From assembly GCA_009777625.1 (NCBI GenBank), contig WRLL01000002.1, positions 563 to 64,562 of the forward strand: a stretch of DNA of 64,000 nt, written 5' to 3'. Position 1 is the first letter of the stretch. Every line of letters starts with the position of its first letter. A model generated the notes under the pieces. It had not been told where the DNA came from, made no database searches, and worked only from the letters and a program-made list of their open reading frames with translations. This DNA is from Candidatus Saccharimonadota bacterium (GTDB lineage: Bacteria; Patescibacteriota; Saccharimonadia; Saccharimonadales; Saccharimonadaceae). A program made the position numbers and the translations under genes. Positions 35,809 through 45,800 of this stretch are shown in pieces.

Positions 35809-38388
35809 TTATTTTGTGCTTATCACATTGAGCTCAGTAACCAGTCGCGTCTCTAGCTCTTTCTTCTCTTCTAATTGGGTGCGAGATTCTTCAACCAAGC
35901 TAGCCGGCGCTTTAGCGGTGTAGTTCTTATTGGATAATCGTTGTTCAAGCTTGGTAATTTCAGCGCGCGTATCGGCCAGCCGCCGTTCAAGCTTAATCTG
36001 GTGATCATAAACCAGCTCAGCGCTCAGATCCAACCAAGCTTCGCGGCCAGCGGTCGCGACACGTAACCCCCTGACCTGATCGACCTTAGTGATAGATCCT
36101 AGGTTGGCTAATGATTTGATCAAGTCGGTTTGGTCGGCGATCAGTGTGTCGTCTCTGTAAATCAGGTCGTATTTTTTGCTGGCTGGCAGTTCGGTAACGA
36201 CGTAGCGAATTTCGCTGACCAGACCGCGGATTTGATCAAACTCAGCGGCCTTTTCCTTGTCAAAGGGTTGAGGATCGGGCCAGGGTTGTGAAATCAACAA
36301 CGAATCATCCTCGTGGGTTATAGTCCAGATGGCTTCGGTGACAAAGGGCGCAAAAGGATGGGCCAGGCGCAGGCAAAGGCCCAGGACGTGGTTGAGGAAT
36401 TCTGGCCGCGCAGAAAGTTTCCCATGCCCAGCCGCTGCTTTACTGGCTTCGACGAACCAGTCCGCCACATCGTCCCATATGAAGTGGTAGATTGTTTCGA
36501 CCGCCTCGGCAAAGCGATAATTGGCGATGTGGTCATCTAGTCTGATTCGGGCCTGGTCAAGGCGTTGCAACACCCAATGCTCTGTCGGTGTCTGAGGGTT
36601 GACTTCTAGTAAAGTTTTAACGCTCTGCCCTTCTTCACCGGCAACATTTTCAATAAACCGCGCGATATTCCACAATTTGTTACAGAAATTGCGTCCAGCA
36701 ATAACAGAGGCCGTTGAAAAGGCTTGAGCCTGACCAGCCGAGCGATTCATGACGATACCAATCCTTAGCGCGTCACTGCCGAATTCGCCGATGACCTCCA
36801 TCGGGTTGATGACGTTGCCTTTGGATTTGGACATCTTTTGACCGCGTTCATCAAGGATTAGACCATGGAAGAAGACGTCATCAAACGGAATTTTATCGGT
36901 GCAATACAGGCCGAGCATTATCATGCGTGCCACCCATGGTCTCAGCAGGTCGGTACCAGTTTCCATAACCGAGTTCGGATAAAAGCGACTCAGATCGCCA
37001 CTTTGCAGATAATCTGTCGTGATAAACGGCCACTGGCCAGATGAAAACCATGTATCGAAAGTGTCATCATCACGTTTATATTTCTTTCCGTCGACCGTGA
37101 TTTTCTCTTGATCGACCTGTGTGTCGAAAATCCAGTCGTCGGGATCGTTTTCATTCTGGAACGCCGGGATTGGAATGCCCCACGGGATTTGTCGGCTGAT
37201 ATTCCAATCTTTCAGTTCGTCGAAATAGCGTGCCAGCTCCTTACCTTTTTGGGTGGGTATGAATTTGATATCGCCCTGCTCTATTGCTTGTTTGGCGCGC
37301 ACAGCGAGTGGCTTGACGCTCAGGAACCACTGTTTCATCGGCAGTGGTTCGATCACAGTGTCACATTTGTAACAGTGGCCGATGCGTGTTTTATAGCCTT
37401 TGTCGACCTTAACCAACAGGTCTTTTTCTTCCAGGGCCTTGACGACGGCTTTTCGCGCATCCATCACGGTCATACCAGCAAAGCGACCGGTCGCTTCGGT
37501 CATGCGTCCTTCCCTGTCAATAACAACTTTCATCGGCAGGTTGTGCCGCTGCGCTACCTCCCAGTCGTCGAAACTGTGAGCTGGTGTGATTTTAACAACA
37601 CCGGTTCCAAAGTTCGGATCAACCATTTCGTCGGCAACGACCTGGACCTCGAATGGGCCGTTGACGCCTTCGACGGTGACGGTTTGACTGACGTATTTTT
37701 CATAGCGTTTGTCGCCTGGATGGACGGCCACGGCGGTGTCGCCAAATTTGGTTTCAGGACGCGTCGTGGCCAGTTCGAACGGCCCGTACTTCATGTAATA
37801 GAGCGGCGTTTTTTCTTCCCTATACTCCACCTCAATATCTGCAAAGGATGTTTGATGTTTGGTGCAGTAGTTGACTAGGCGCTCGCCCCTGTAAATCAAT
37901 TTGTCGTCCCAGAGCTTTTTAAATGTGTCGTAAACGATATTGACAACCTTCTTGTCTAATGTAAAGACTAGGCGCGACCAATCACAGCTAGCACCGAGAG
38001 CACGCAGCTGCAATTCCATGCTACCCCTGTTTTGCTCGACGAAGTTCCAAGTCATTTTATACAATTGTTCACGTGAAAAGTCAAATCGGGATTTTCCTTC
38101 TTTTTCCAATGCTTTTTCGAAAACTACCCAAGTCTCAAAGCCGGCATGATCAGCCCCTGGAATCCAGATCGTATCCCTGCCCTGCATGCGGTGATAACGT
38201 ATCAAAATGTCTTCAATCGGAATCATATAGGCGTGACCGACGTGCAGGTTGCCGTTGGCGTTAGGCGGCGGCATGACGATCGAATAAGGTTCGCCCTGCC
38301 CTGTTGATGCAAAGGCGCCGCTGGTCTCCCAGAGGGCGTAAATCTGTGGTTCGTAGCTACTGGGTTCGTAGGCTTTGGGTAACTTCAT
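35809..38388 (-). CDS. valS: valyl-tRNA synthetase
   Basis: 859 aa. HIGH-type PNANGNLHVGHAY, KMSKSKGN and a C-terminal coiled coil. Confidence 0.97.
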   Translation of the reverse strand: MKLPKAYEPSSYEPQIYALWETSGAFASTGQGEPYSIVMPPPNANGNLHVGHAYMIPIEDILIRYHRMQGRDTIWIPGADHAGFETWVVFEKALEKEGKSRFDFSREQLYKMTWNFVEQNRGSMELQLRALGASCDWSRLVFTLDKKVVNIVYDTFKKLWDDKLIYRGERLVNYCTKHQTSFADIEVEYREEKTPLYYMKYGPFELATTRPETKFGDTAVAVHPGDKRYEKYVSQTVTVEGVNGPFEVQVVADEMVDPNFGTGVVKITPAHSFDDWEVAQRHNLPMKVVIDREGRMTEATGRFAGMTVMDARKAVVKALEEKDLLVKVDKGYKTRIGHCYKCDTVIEPLPMKQWFLSVKPLAVRAKQAIEQGDIKFIPTQKGKELARYFDELKDWNISRQIPWGIPIPAFQNENDPDDWIFDTQVDQEKITVDGKKYKRDDDTFDTWFSSGQWPFITTDYLQSGDLSRFYPNSVMETGTDLLRPWVARMIMLGLYCTDKIPFDDVFFHGLILDERGQKMSKSKGNVINPMEVIGEFGSDALRIGIVMNRSAGQAQAFSTASVIAGRNFCNKLWNIARFIENVAGEEGQSVKTLLEVNPQTPTEHWVLQRLDQARIRLDDHIANYRFAEAVETIYHFIWDDVADWFVEASKAAAGHGKLSARPEFLNHVLGLCLRLAHPFAPFVTEAIWTITHEDDSLLISQPWPDPQPFDKEKAAEFDQIRGLVSEIRYVVTELPASKKYDLIYRDDTLIADQTDLIKSLANLGSITKVDQVRGLRVATAGREAWLDLSAELVYDHQIKLERRLADTRAEITKLEQRLSNKNYTAKAPASLVEESRTQLEEKKELETRLVTELNVISTK

Positions 38389-38553
38389 GTTAGACCTCTA
38401 GGCTTTATTCGGCCTCTGTTAACTTGACATTTCACGTGAAGAATCTTATCAATCTTAAAACACGCATAACGGTTTTACTGCTCACAATATCTGATTTTAC
38501 ATAAGTATTGTAGCACCTTTTGGGCGCGGAGCAAAGTAAAAGATAAGAAGCTA

Positions 38554-38582
38554 TTGACAGGGGGGGGGTTCTGTTATATGAT
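38554..38582 (+). promoter_or_regulatory. promoter TTGACA-N17-TATGAT whose spacer begins with a G9 homopolymer
   Basis: TTGACA at 38554-38559, G9 at 38560-38568 and TATGAT at 38577-38582. Confidence 0.55.
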
Positions 38583-38683
38583 CACGGCACGATCAGTGAG
38601 AGACGAGTCTGTCTTGAACCTGATCCGCCCATGTCGCACAATCAACCTTGTGCGATACCATCCATCAACCATGGGAGGTCATC

Positions 38684-38881
38684 GTGGTAGAGAGCGTGCT
38701 GAGCGTGCTAATCGGCTTGCTTTTTGTAGCAGGGGTGCTGATAGTAGCGATGTCATGGAACGACGACTCGCCAAAGGGCAAGCGTCGTACCAACCGCGGC
38801 ATTCTGTTGCTACTCAGCGCAGCGGCGTTGTCGGCGTGTACCGCGATCTACGTCGGAGTAGTCTACGGATGGGTGAAGTGA
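38684..38881 (+). CDS. 65-aa two-TM membrane peptide (hypothetical)
   Basis: GGGAGG lies 5 nt upstream of GTG 38684. Product VVESVLSVLIGLLFVAGVLIVAMSW...ILLLLSAAALSACTAIYVGVVYGWVK. A long hairpin plus T6 (38889-38968) follows. Confidence 0.4.
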   Translation: MVESVLSVLIGLLFVAGVLIVAMSWNDDSPKGKRRTNRGILLLLSAAALSACTAIYVGVVYGWVK

Positions 38882-38957
38882 CAACTAGCCCGTCCCGAGT
38901 TGAGCTCGCAACGATGGTCGCGATTTATCCGCGATAATTGCGCTCCTCGGGGCGGGC

Positions 38958-39938
38958 TCAACTCTTTTTTGACTTAAACATTTTTAGCGCGTATCGCATT
39001 TGCTGACCGGTTAACTTCAGCATCAGGCGATAGAGCAGGTAGCGAACTTTTTTCAGGGGTAACTCCCATGTGCCAAGGCGATTGATGCGCTGACCACCAA
39101 AGGATTGTTTAAATTGGGTGAAGCCTTGCCAGGCCCTGTAGCGCGGGTCGGTCGAGCCTTCCGGCGCGACACCGAACCAGTCGAAATTCTTGCAGCCCTG
39201 TTCATGGGCAAAGAGCAGGGCATACAGACCCAAGCCTGTCGCCGGTGAAATCTTACGAAACTCTGTCAGACTAGCGGCATGGGCGTAGCTCATTGTCTCG
39301 CCATCGGTGTAGAAAATAATTGCAGCGATCTTTTGATTGTCCAGTTCGGCGAGAAGCAAACCGGCGTCCTTGGAGGGGAAAAGCGTCGCAGCAATCTCGC
39401 GGAAATACAGATCATCGTGGGCGCGCAGACCGGTCCGTGCACGGACTTCATGAATCATGTCCAGGAAAAATTTGATGTCATGCGGATCGTAACTAACAGA
39501 GTAGGTGACACCGGCGGCGTCACACTTGCGGGCATAGCGGCGGGCAGATTGGCTGAGTTGGGCGCGGATCTGGTCGGGTTCGACACTGACATCGTTAATC
39601 AGCGTGCTGGGCGGTTCAACAAAACGATCGCTGGGTCGCAGATTCAGTTTGCGTAGATCGTCCTCTGTTGCCTTTGGGGTAATCGGTTCGACGCGTACGA
39701 AATCGAGTTTGCGCGCTTTGGCTTCTTTCCTTAAATCATTTAACGCATCTGATAATTTATCAACTGAAATAGCGGTCGGGCCATAGGGGCAATACAAGCG
39801 GTTGCTAAACTGGCCGCGTTCGACTATAGCCAGATACGACCAGTCATCGCCGGATTTCTCGATGACTTCGCGGTGGATGGAGCGTTGGAATTTGGCCCAA
39901 ACGGGGGACTGCAGAAAACTCACTTGTAACTTTGTCAT
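38958..39938 (-). CDS. FemAB-family peptidoglycan interpeptide-bridge aminoacyltransferase
   Basis: 326 aa with an FLQSPVWAKFQ N-terminus and an overall FemX/FemAB-like two-GNAT-domain layout (recognised by eye). Confidence 0.75.
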   Translation of the reverse strand: MTKLQVSFLQSPVWAKFQRSIHREVIEKSGDDWSYLAIVERGQFSNRLYCPYGPTAISVDKLSDALNDLRKEAKARKLDFVRVEPITPKATEDDLRKLNLRPSDRFVEPPSTLINDVSVEPDQIRAQLSQSARRYARKCDAAGVTYSVSYDPHDIKFFLDMIHEVRARTGLRAHDDLYFREIAATLFPSKDAGLLLAELDNQKIAAIIFYTDGETMSYAHAASLTEFRKISPATGLGLYALLFAHEQGCKNFDWFGVAPEGSTDPRYRAWQGFTQFKQSFGGQRINRLGTWELPLKKVRYLLYRLMLKLTGQQMRYALKMFKSKKS

Positions 39939-39955
39939 TACTCTAGTATATCATG

Positions 39956-39964
39956 TGCTAGAAT
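39956..39964 (+). promoter_or_regulatory. extended -10 promoter, leaderless (mtnN)
   Basis: TGcTAGAAT at 39956-39964, followed by 6 nt and ATG 39971. Confidence 0.55.
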
Positions 39965-39970
39965 TGGAAT

Positions 39971-40657
39971 ATGGAAGAATTTCGTAATCAAAAAGTTCTG
40001 GGCATCGTTGTCGCCCTATCAGAGGAATTCAACGCCGTTATGGCGACCCTAGACCAGCCAAAAAAAGTTGAGCACCTGGGCCGAACATTCTATTGTCAGG
40101 ATAATATTTGCGTCACAACCAGCGGCGTCGGCCAGATTGATGCGGCTTCGGCTACAGAGGCGCTACTATGGCTCGTGCGGCAACACGGCGGAGAAGTTCA
40201 GCAGATTCTAAACGTCGGCGTGGTCGGTGCCCTGAAAAAAAATTTGAAAGTCGGCCAGACGCTGCTGGTGGAAAAAGTCGTCCACTACGATTTTGACCTG
40301 AGCGCAGATGAAAATTATGAGGTGGGGCAGTATCTGGACGGACGGATATTCTTCCCGACCGATACTAAACTGAGGGATAATTTGGGTGGGGAAATCCAGT
40401 TGGCGACGTTAGCAAGCGGCGACAAATTCCTAGCTGATCCTGAAAAAATCAATCAGATCGTCGAGCAATTCAACGCCGACATCTGTGATATGGAGGGCGC
40501 CGCAGTAGTACGTGTGGCCGACAGATACAATATTCCAGTAGTCATGGTTAAAACCGTCAGCGACAGTGGCGACTGCGCGGAATTTGATGAGAATCTTCTG
40601 TCGGCGGCGGATAATTTGAAGCAAATTTTGAAAGAAATTATTAAAGAGTCCCGTTGA
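39971..40657 (+). CDS. mtnN: 5'-methylthioadenosine/S-adenosylhomocysteine nucleosidase
   Basis: PNP_UDP_1-type sequence: GIVVALSEEF, SGVGQIDAA, DMEGAAV. Confidence 0.8.
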   Translation: MEEFRNQKVLGIVVALSEEFNAVMATLDQPKKVEHLGRTFYCQDNICVTTSGVGQIDAASATEALLWLVRQHGGEVQQILNVGVVGALKKNLKVGQTLLVEKVVHYDFDLSADENYEVGQYLDGRIFFPTDTKLRDNLGGEIQLATLASGDKFLADPEKINQIVEQFNADICDMEGAAVVRVADRYNIPVVMVKTVSDSGDCAEFDENLLSAADNLKQILKEIIKESR

Positions 40658-41735
40658 GATTCCACGCCGTTTTCGTCATTGAGATAGACGGCAAAACATC
40701 GACGTCGCGCGGATCTGTTGCTGGAACGTTTCGCGCCACGAAGTAGCCCAAGGACGCGATCATTGCGGCGTTGTCGGTGCAGAGACTCCTCGGCGGATAC
40801 TCGATTGGGATTGGCAGTTTATCTCTAAGCTGACGACGCAGTTCTTGATCTGCTGCTACGCCACCGGCGATGACTACGGATTTGGGCTGGAATTCTTGAA
40901 AGGCCCTAGCAACTTTCTCGACCAACGTCTCAATAGCGACATTTGCAAAACTGGCGGCGAAATCATTGCGCTGCTGGGTCGTCAGAAGCTCTGCAAGCTG
41001 CCCGGATGGAAAAGTGTGGTCTTCTCCGATTTCTGACTGAACGGTGCGCAGAACGGCTGTCTTGAGCCCAGAAAAGGAAAAATCATAAGGATTTTGCATC
41101 TTGGCTTTGGGCAAGGGGTATTTATGTGGATCACCATGCTCGGCGGTTCGCGCAATCGACGGCCCGCCGGGGTAGGGCAGACCTAGGATTTTGGCAACTT
41201 TGTCGTAGGCCTCACCGACTGCGTCATCGGCAGTTTGACCGATCAACTGGTAGTCACCGTGATCGCGAAATAGCACGATTTGCGAATGGCCGCCACTGAC
41301 AATTAGGGCCAACATCGGGAATTCGGGCTGGGTTTTCCTTAAGCCATCCAAATTTAATTCCGGCGCGGCGTCAGTGATAAAGTTTGCATAAACATGCGCC
41401 TCAACGTGATGAATTGGATAAAAAGGTTTCTTCTTCATCAGTGCCAAAGTTCGGCCCGCCAACGAGCCGATCAACAGCGAGCCGATCAGTCCGGGCATGG
41501 TAGTGCAGGCGATGGCGTCGATTTCGTCCCAGCCGCCAGCGTCCGCTACGGCCTTATCTATCACTGGCAGAATCATTTCAATATGCGACCGTGCTGCTAC
41601 CTCTGGTACGACGCCGCCGAAGACGGTGTGAATGTCGATTTGCGAATTGACGACGTTCGACAGCAAACGAAAACCGTCTTCGACTACAGCAGCAGCTGTT
41701 TCGTCACAAGAGCTCTCGATTCCAAGAATTTTCAT
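40641..41735 (-). CDS. tsaD: tRNA N6-adenosine threonylcarbamoyltransferase
   Basis: MKILGIESSCDETAAAVV, the HHVEAH metal site and full-length Kae1/TsaD-like sequence. Confidence 0.93.
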   Translation of the reverse strand: MKILGIESSCDETAAAVVEDGFRLLSNVVNSQIDIHTVFGGVVPEVAARSHIEMILPVIDKAVADAGGWDEIDAIACTTMPGLIGSLLIGSLAGRTLALMKKKPFYPIHHVEAHVYANFITDAAPELNLDGLRKTQPEFPMLALIVSGGHSQIVLFRDHGDYQLIGQTADDAVGEAYDKVAKILGLPYPGGPSIARTAEHGDPHKYPLPKAKMQNPYDFSFSGLKTAVLRTVQSEIGEDHTFPSGQLAELLTTQQRNDFAASFANVAIETLVEKVARAFQEFQPKSVVIAGGVAADQELRRQLRDKLPIPIEYPPRSLCTDNAAMIASLGYFVARNVPATDPRDVDVLPSISMTKTAWNLNGTL

Positions 41736-41776
41736 CGCCCTATTCTAACAGATTTCGCGAAAAAATGTTATACACA

Positions 41777-41805
41777 TTGACATATATCTAAAAGGGTTAT
41801 ATAAT
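41777..41805 (+). promoter_or_regulatory. consensus promoter TTGACA-N17-TATAAT, leaderless
   Basis: TTGACA at 41777-41782 and TATAAT at 41800-41805, followed by 6 nt and ATG 41812. Confidence 0.65.
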
Positions 41806-41811
41806 TACAAG

Positions 41812-42561
41812 ATGTCTGAAATCTCTGCTACCCCCCCCCTTATTGAGAAAATCGAACCGGAAATTATCCCAAAGCCTGTCATGTTTGGTTTGTCCGACGA
41901 AGGCGAGCGCGACGAATTAATATCAGTAGTTGTAGACGGCGAAGTCAAACGCGTAAATCTTTGTTACCCATTAGATGATGATGTAATCTCTTTCCCAGAA
42001 CTAGTCAGGCAGACGCTAGAAACAGCAGCCGCTTTTTTAGAAAGAGACATTGTGGTGTCGATGTGTGGTATTAATACTGTCAAAAAAATGAAGGACATTA
42101 AACGCATCGGAGGTAAGGATCTTCGGCGGAGTATCGCGCATTTTAATGGCGCCAGACACCATTACCCTGAAGTCGCAGCATGGTGCGCCGTGCATGGGTA
42201 TCCTTATATTCCTAGCGCCAATACTTCTAGCGAAATTGAACAATTCGAAGATTCTGGATATGATATAGTTAAGGCAATTCCATGGTTAGGCCCAGATGGG
42301 CTACACGAATATGTTAGGGAGTATGACGGCTTGTTGCATTTTAACGCGGCGGGCGGAATTCAACCGGTGGATATGGACGAAGAGACCAACACGCCCTTGG
42401 AAGTTAACCCAGATTTTGTTGCTACTGCGGGGTTAGAGCAGGTACGCTTTATCAGCGCCACTCACCCCATCAAGGTCCTAAATAGAGAAGGCGAAACCGA
42501 TCCCCTTGGGAGACTGGAAGAATATTTCAGGCTCATAAGAGATTTTCGGTCGGCAGCATAG
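41812..42561 (+). CDS. hypothetical cytoplasmic protein carrying a C9 tract in codons 7-10
   Basis: 249-aa ORF behind a consensus promoter. C9 tract at 41831-41839. No domain recognised. Confidence 0.65.
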   Translation: MSEISATPPLIEKIEPEIIPKPVMFGLSDEGERDELISVVVDGEVKRVNLCYPLDDDVISFPELVRQTLETAAAFLERDIVVSMCGINTVKKMKDIKRIGGKDLRRSIAHFNGARHHYPEVAAWCAVHGYPYIPSANTSSEIEQFEDSGYDIVKAIPWLGPDGLHEYVREYDGLLHFNAAGGIQPVDMDEETNTPLEVNPDFVATAGLEQVRFISATHPIKVLNREGETDPLGRLEEYFRLIRDFRSAA

Positions 42562-42604
42562 AGCAAAAAAGTTTCACGAAGATTAGAGAGCCCTGCGTGT
42601 TTTC

Positions 42605-43921
42605 ATGAAAGATGCTAAAATGTCTACCACGATGAAAAAAACTTTGACGAGAATCTACAATTTCGCGACGCGACCGTATCACGGGATGATGGCCTTTCGG
42701 GCGGCAAACAAATACGACTACCCGGCCAGCGGTATGACGGTGATCGGCGTTACCGGCACGAACGGCAAAACAACGACTTGTTTCATGATTTACAACATGT
42801 TGCGAAACGCCGGCAAGTCGGTCGCTATGATGACCACTGTCGCCACAGCAATTAACGACGAAATCACGCCGCAGCGGGCTCACACAACAACGCCGGATAC
42901 ACGGATCCTGAATAAGAAAATCGCTGAATTTCGCGACGCCGATGTCAAATTCCTGGTGCTAGAAGTAACCAGCCACGCTCTGTCGCAACATCGGATCTTT
43001 GGCGTGCCGATTGACATCGCGGTACTGACCAACGTGACGCACGACCACCTTGATTACCACGGTACTTTTTCAAACTATGTCAACGCTAAGCGACGATTGT
43101 TCCAGCTGGCAGCTAACCAGTCCAAGCGCGACGGCCGCGGCGTCGGCGTGATCAATGCAGACGATCCTGTGGCGAAGTATTTCGCCAGCGACGTGCCGAA
43201 GCCTTTGACATATGGCGTAGAAAAGGGCGATCTGCGGGCGCGGCAAGTCAAACTGCGATCCCAGGGCGTAGAATATTTTGTCAAGAAGGGCCGTCAGACT
43301 TTGCATATAAAAACGCGTTTGCCGGGGCAGTTCAACGTCTACAATTCTCTGGCGGCGGTTGGCGTTGGGCTAACGCTGGACTTAACACAAAAAGAAATCG
43401 AAGAAGGAATTTATGGGCTGACCAGCGTTGAGGGTCGCATGAACCAGATCGCCGAGGGTCAGAATTTCGATGTGATAATTGACTTTGCACATACGCCGGA
43501 TTCTTTCCAGAAGCTGTTGCCGGATCTGAAGAAAATGACCAAAGGTCGACTGATCGTACTGTTCGGCGCAGCTGGTAAACGCGACGTAAGTAAAAGATCC
43601 GTCATGGGTCGACTGGCTGGCGAGAACACTGATGTTGTAATAATTACGGAAGAAGATCCGCGCGGCCCGGTGCGACCGATTTCTGAACAGATTGCGGCTG
43701 GTGCCAAGGAGGCCGGTAAAACTCTGGACAAAGACCTGTTTCTAATTGATGATCGTGAAAAGGCGATAGAGTTTGCGCTCAAGATGGCCAAGAAAGGTGA
43801 TACAGTGGTTTTGCTGGGCAAGGGTCATGAAAAAACAATGGAGCGCGCCAAATCTGACGACCCGTGGGACGAGACAGAAATCACCCGCAAGTTTCTGAAA
43901 AAACTTAAACTGTCATCCTGA
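42605..43921 (+). CDS. murE: Mur ligase, MurE-like (UDP-MurNAc-L-Ala-D-Glu: diamino acid ligase), short N-terminus
   Basis: P-loop GVTGTNGKTTT, DFAHTPDS and GAAGKRDVSKR...ITEEDPR motifs. The last codons and the stop lie in a repeat element. Confidence 0.8.
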   Translation: MKDAKMSTTMKKTLTRIYNFATRPYHGMMAFRAANKYDYPASGMTVIGVTGTNGKTTTCFMIYNMLRNAGKSVAMMTTVATAINDEITPQRAHTTTPDTRILNKKIAEFRDADVKFLVLEVTSHALSQHRIFGVPIDIAVLTNVTHDHLDYHGTFSNYVNAKRRLFQLAANQSKRDGRGVGVINADDPVAKYFASDVPKPLTYGVEKGDLRARQVKLRSQGVEYFVKKGRQTLHIKTRLPGQFNVYNSLAAVGVGLTLDLTQKEIEEGIYGLTSVEGRMNQIAEGQNFDVIIDFAHTPDSFQKLLPDLKKMTKGRLIVLFGAAGKRDVSKRSVMGRLAGENTDVVIITEEDPRGPVRPISEQIAAGAKEAGKTLDKDLFLIDDREKAIEFALKMAKKGDTVVLLGKGHEKTMERAKSDDPWDETEITRKFLKKLKLSS

Positions 43922-43990
43922 AACAAGTTTTCGGGATCTTCAGTATCCATTTGATCGATTAGATTCCGGATCAAGTCCGGAATGACAAAG
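43910..43990. repeat. double-hairpin palindromic element, copy C
   Basis: CTGTCATCCTGAAacaagttTTCGGGATC...GATTAGATTCCGGAtcaagTCCGGAATGACAAAG. Confidence 0.8.
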
Positions 43991-44035
43991 TTTAGTTTCT
44001 TTGTTAAAATATGTCCAACTAACCAAGGAGGACCA

Positions 44036-45793
44036 ATGAGCAGCAGAGCGGGAGAATTGCCTCAGGAAACAGATCTGATCAACATCAAAGAAGTTCTGAC
44101 AGCGTATTACGACATCGTGCCAGACGTTGAAGATCCGGCGCAAAAAGTCGCCTTTGGCACCAGCGGCCACCGCGGCAAATCCACGTCGGGCAGTTTCAAC
44201 GAGGCCCATCTCGTGGCAATTGCAGCAGCGCTGATCGAGTACCGGCAATCACGCGGCCTGAATGGGCCGATTTTTGTCGGCATCGATACGCACCTGTTGT
44301 CACTGCCGGCCTTTCGCACAACATTGGAAGTTTTCGCCGGGGCAGGGGTGGAATACTTTGTCGACAATCACATTACCGAAGAACTTCTTGAACAAGCCGA
44401 AGCCGGCCAAGCCCCGCAAGGTTGCGCTATGTGGACGCCAACGCCAGCCATTTCGCGAGCCATCATTTCTTACAATCAAAAGAATGACCCCAAGAATTTC
44501 GAAAAGGTGGCTAAAGGCGAACAGGCTGACTTGACTAAACTGGCCGACGGTATTGTCATCACACCCAGCCACAACCCGCCGACCGATGGCGGCTTTAAAT
44601 ACAATCCCGAGCACGGCGGCGCAGCTGACACCGACGCCACCAATATGATTCAGGCTCGGGCCAACGAAATCCTCGAAACCGGCATTTGGAAAGAGGTCGT
44701 TCGGGCCGATTTCGCAACAGCATTAGAACAGGCCAAACGCTACGATTTTCGCAAAGAATATGTAAAAGATCTGAAAAACGTTGTTGATATGACAGCAATC
44801 GCCAAGAAAGGCGTGCGAATTGCCGCCGACAGTTTAGGCGGGGCGGCAATCGACTATTGGCCAGAAATTGCACGAGTCTATAATCTGAACTTAACAGAGA
44901 TCAACGACAAGGTCGACCCGCGCTTTCCGTTCCTGACTCTAGACCACGACGAAAAAATCCGCATGGATTGCTCGTCGAAATTCGCCATGAACGGCACGGT
45001 CGAGCGGGCCAATTTGTCGGCCAATTTCGACATCGTCACCGGCAACGACGGCGACGCCGACCGGCACGGCATCGTGTCGCGCGCCGACGACGCGGACGAA
45101 TTCGCGCTGATGAATCCGAATTATTATTTGGCGGTGGCAGTTTACTATTTGTGGCAGAATCGGCCGGATTGGTTCGCTGGCGGACGCGCACCGAAAGTCG
45201 GCAAAACCTTAGTCAGTTCACGCATGATCGATTACGTTGCAAAGGACGTCGGCGCCGATCTGGTCGAAATGCCGGTCGGCATGAAATGGTTCGTCGGAGG
45301 ATTATTAGACGGATCATTCGGCTTTGGCGGAGAAGAATCGGCCGGCGCAAGTTTCTTAAACTTTGACGGGGAAGTTTGGACGACCGACAAGGACGGCATT
45401 ACTTTGGCGCTGTTGGCCGCGGAAATCTTGGCGCGCACCGGCAAATCGCCAGCGGAAATTTATGTTGAACTGACCGAAAAGTTTGGCGAAAGCTTTTATG
45501 AAAGACTCGACGTGCCGGCGACCTTGGCCGAAAAAGCCCAGCTGAAAGATCTGAACGCCGAAAACGTCAAGGCGAAATCTTTAGCTGGAGAAAAAATCAC
45601 CAAAATCGAAACGACCGCCAGCGGTTTCCCAATCGGCGGCCTAAAGGTCAACACCCAAAACGCCTGGTTCGCCGCGCGACCCAGCGGCACAGAAAATATC
45701 TACAAAATTTACGCCGAAAGTTTCATCAGTCGCGAACACCTGCGCGAACTGCAAAGCTCGGCCAAAGAATTGGTCGCCAGCGTTCTGCAGTAA
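44036..45793 (+). CDS. pgm: phosphoglucomutase (alpha-D-glucose-phosphate specific)
   Basis: AAGGAGG SD before ATG 44036. Phosphoserine loop GTSGHRG and Mg site GNDGDADRHG. The ORF-track start at 43982 lies inside the repeat. Confidence 0.9.
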   Translation: MSSRAGELPQETDLINIKEVLTAYYDIVPDVEDPAQKVAFGTSGHRGKSTSGSFNEAHLVAIAAALIEYRQSRGLNGPIFVGIDTHLLSLPAFRTTLEVFAGAGVEYFVDNHITEELLEQAEAGQAPQGCAMWTPTPAISRAIISYNQKNDPKNFEKVAKGEQADLTKLADGIVITPSHNPPTDGGFKYNPEHGGAADTDATNMIQARANEILETGIWKEVVRADFATALEQAKRYDFRKEYVKDLKNVVDMTAIAKKGVRIAADSLGGAAIDYWPEIARVYNLNLTEINDKVDPRFPFLTLDHDEKIRMDCSSKFAMNGTVERANLSANFDIVTGNDGDADRHGIVSRADDADEFALMNPNYYLAVAVYYLWQNRPDWFAGGRAPKVGKTLVSSRMIDYVAKDVGADLVEMPVGMKWFVGGLLDGSFGFGGEESAGASFLNFDGEVWTTDKDGITLALLAAEILARTGKSPAEIYVELTEKFGESFYERLDVPATLAEKAQLKDLNAENVKAKSLAGEKITKIETTASGFPIGGLKVNTQNAWFAARPSGTENIYKIYAESFISREHLRELQSSAKELVASVLQ

Positions 45794-45800
45794 TATGCGA

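Noticed and set aside
38554-38937. 127-aa Arg-rich ORF covering the whole valS-femAB spacer.
   Set aside because: It starts inside the predicted promoter (-35 box), has no SD and an implausible basic low-complexity sequence. The alternative frame has GGGAGG-N5-GTG and encodes a clean two-TM peptide. Even that call is kept at low confidence.
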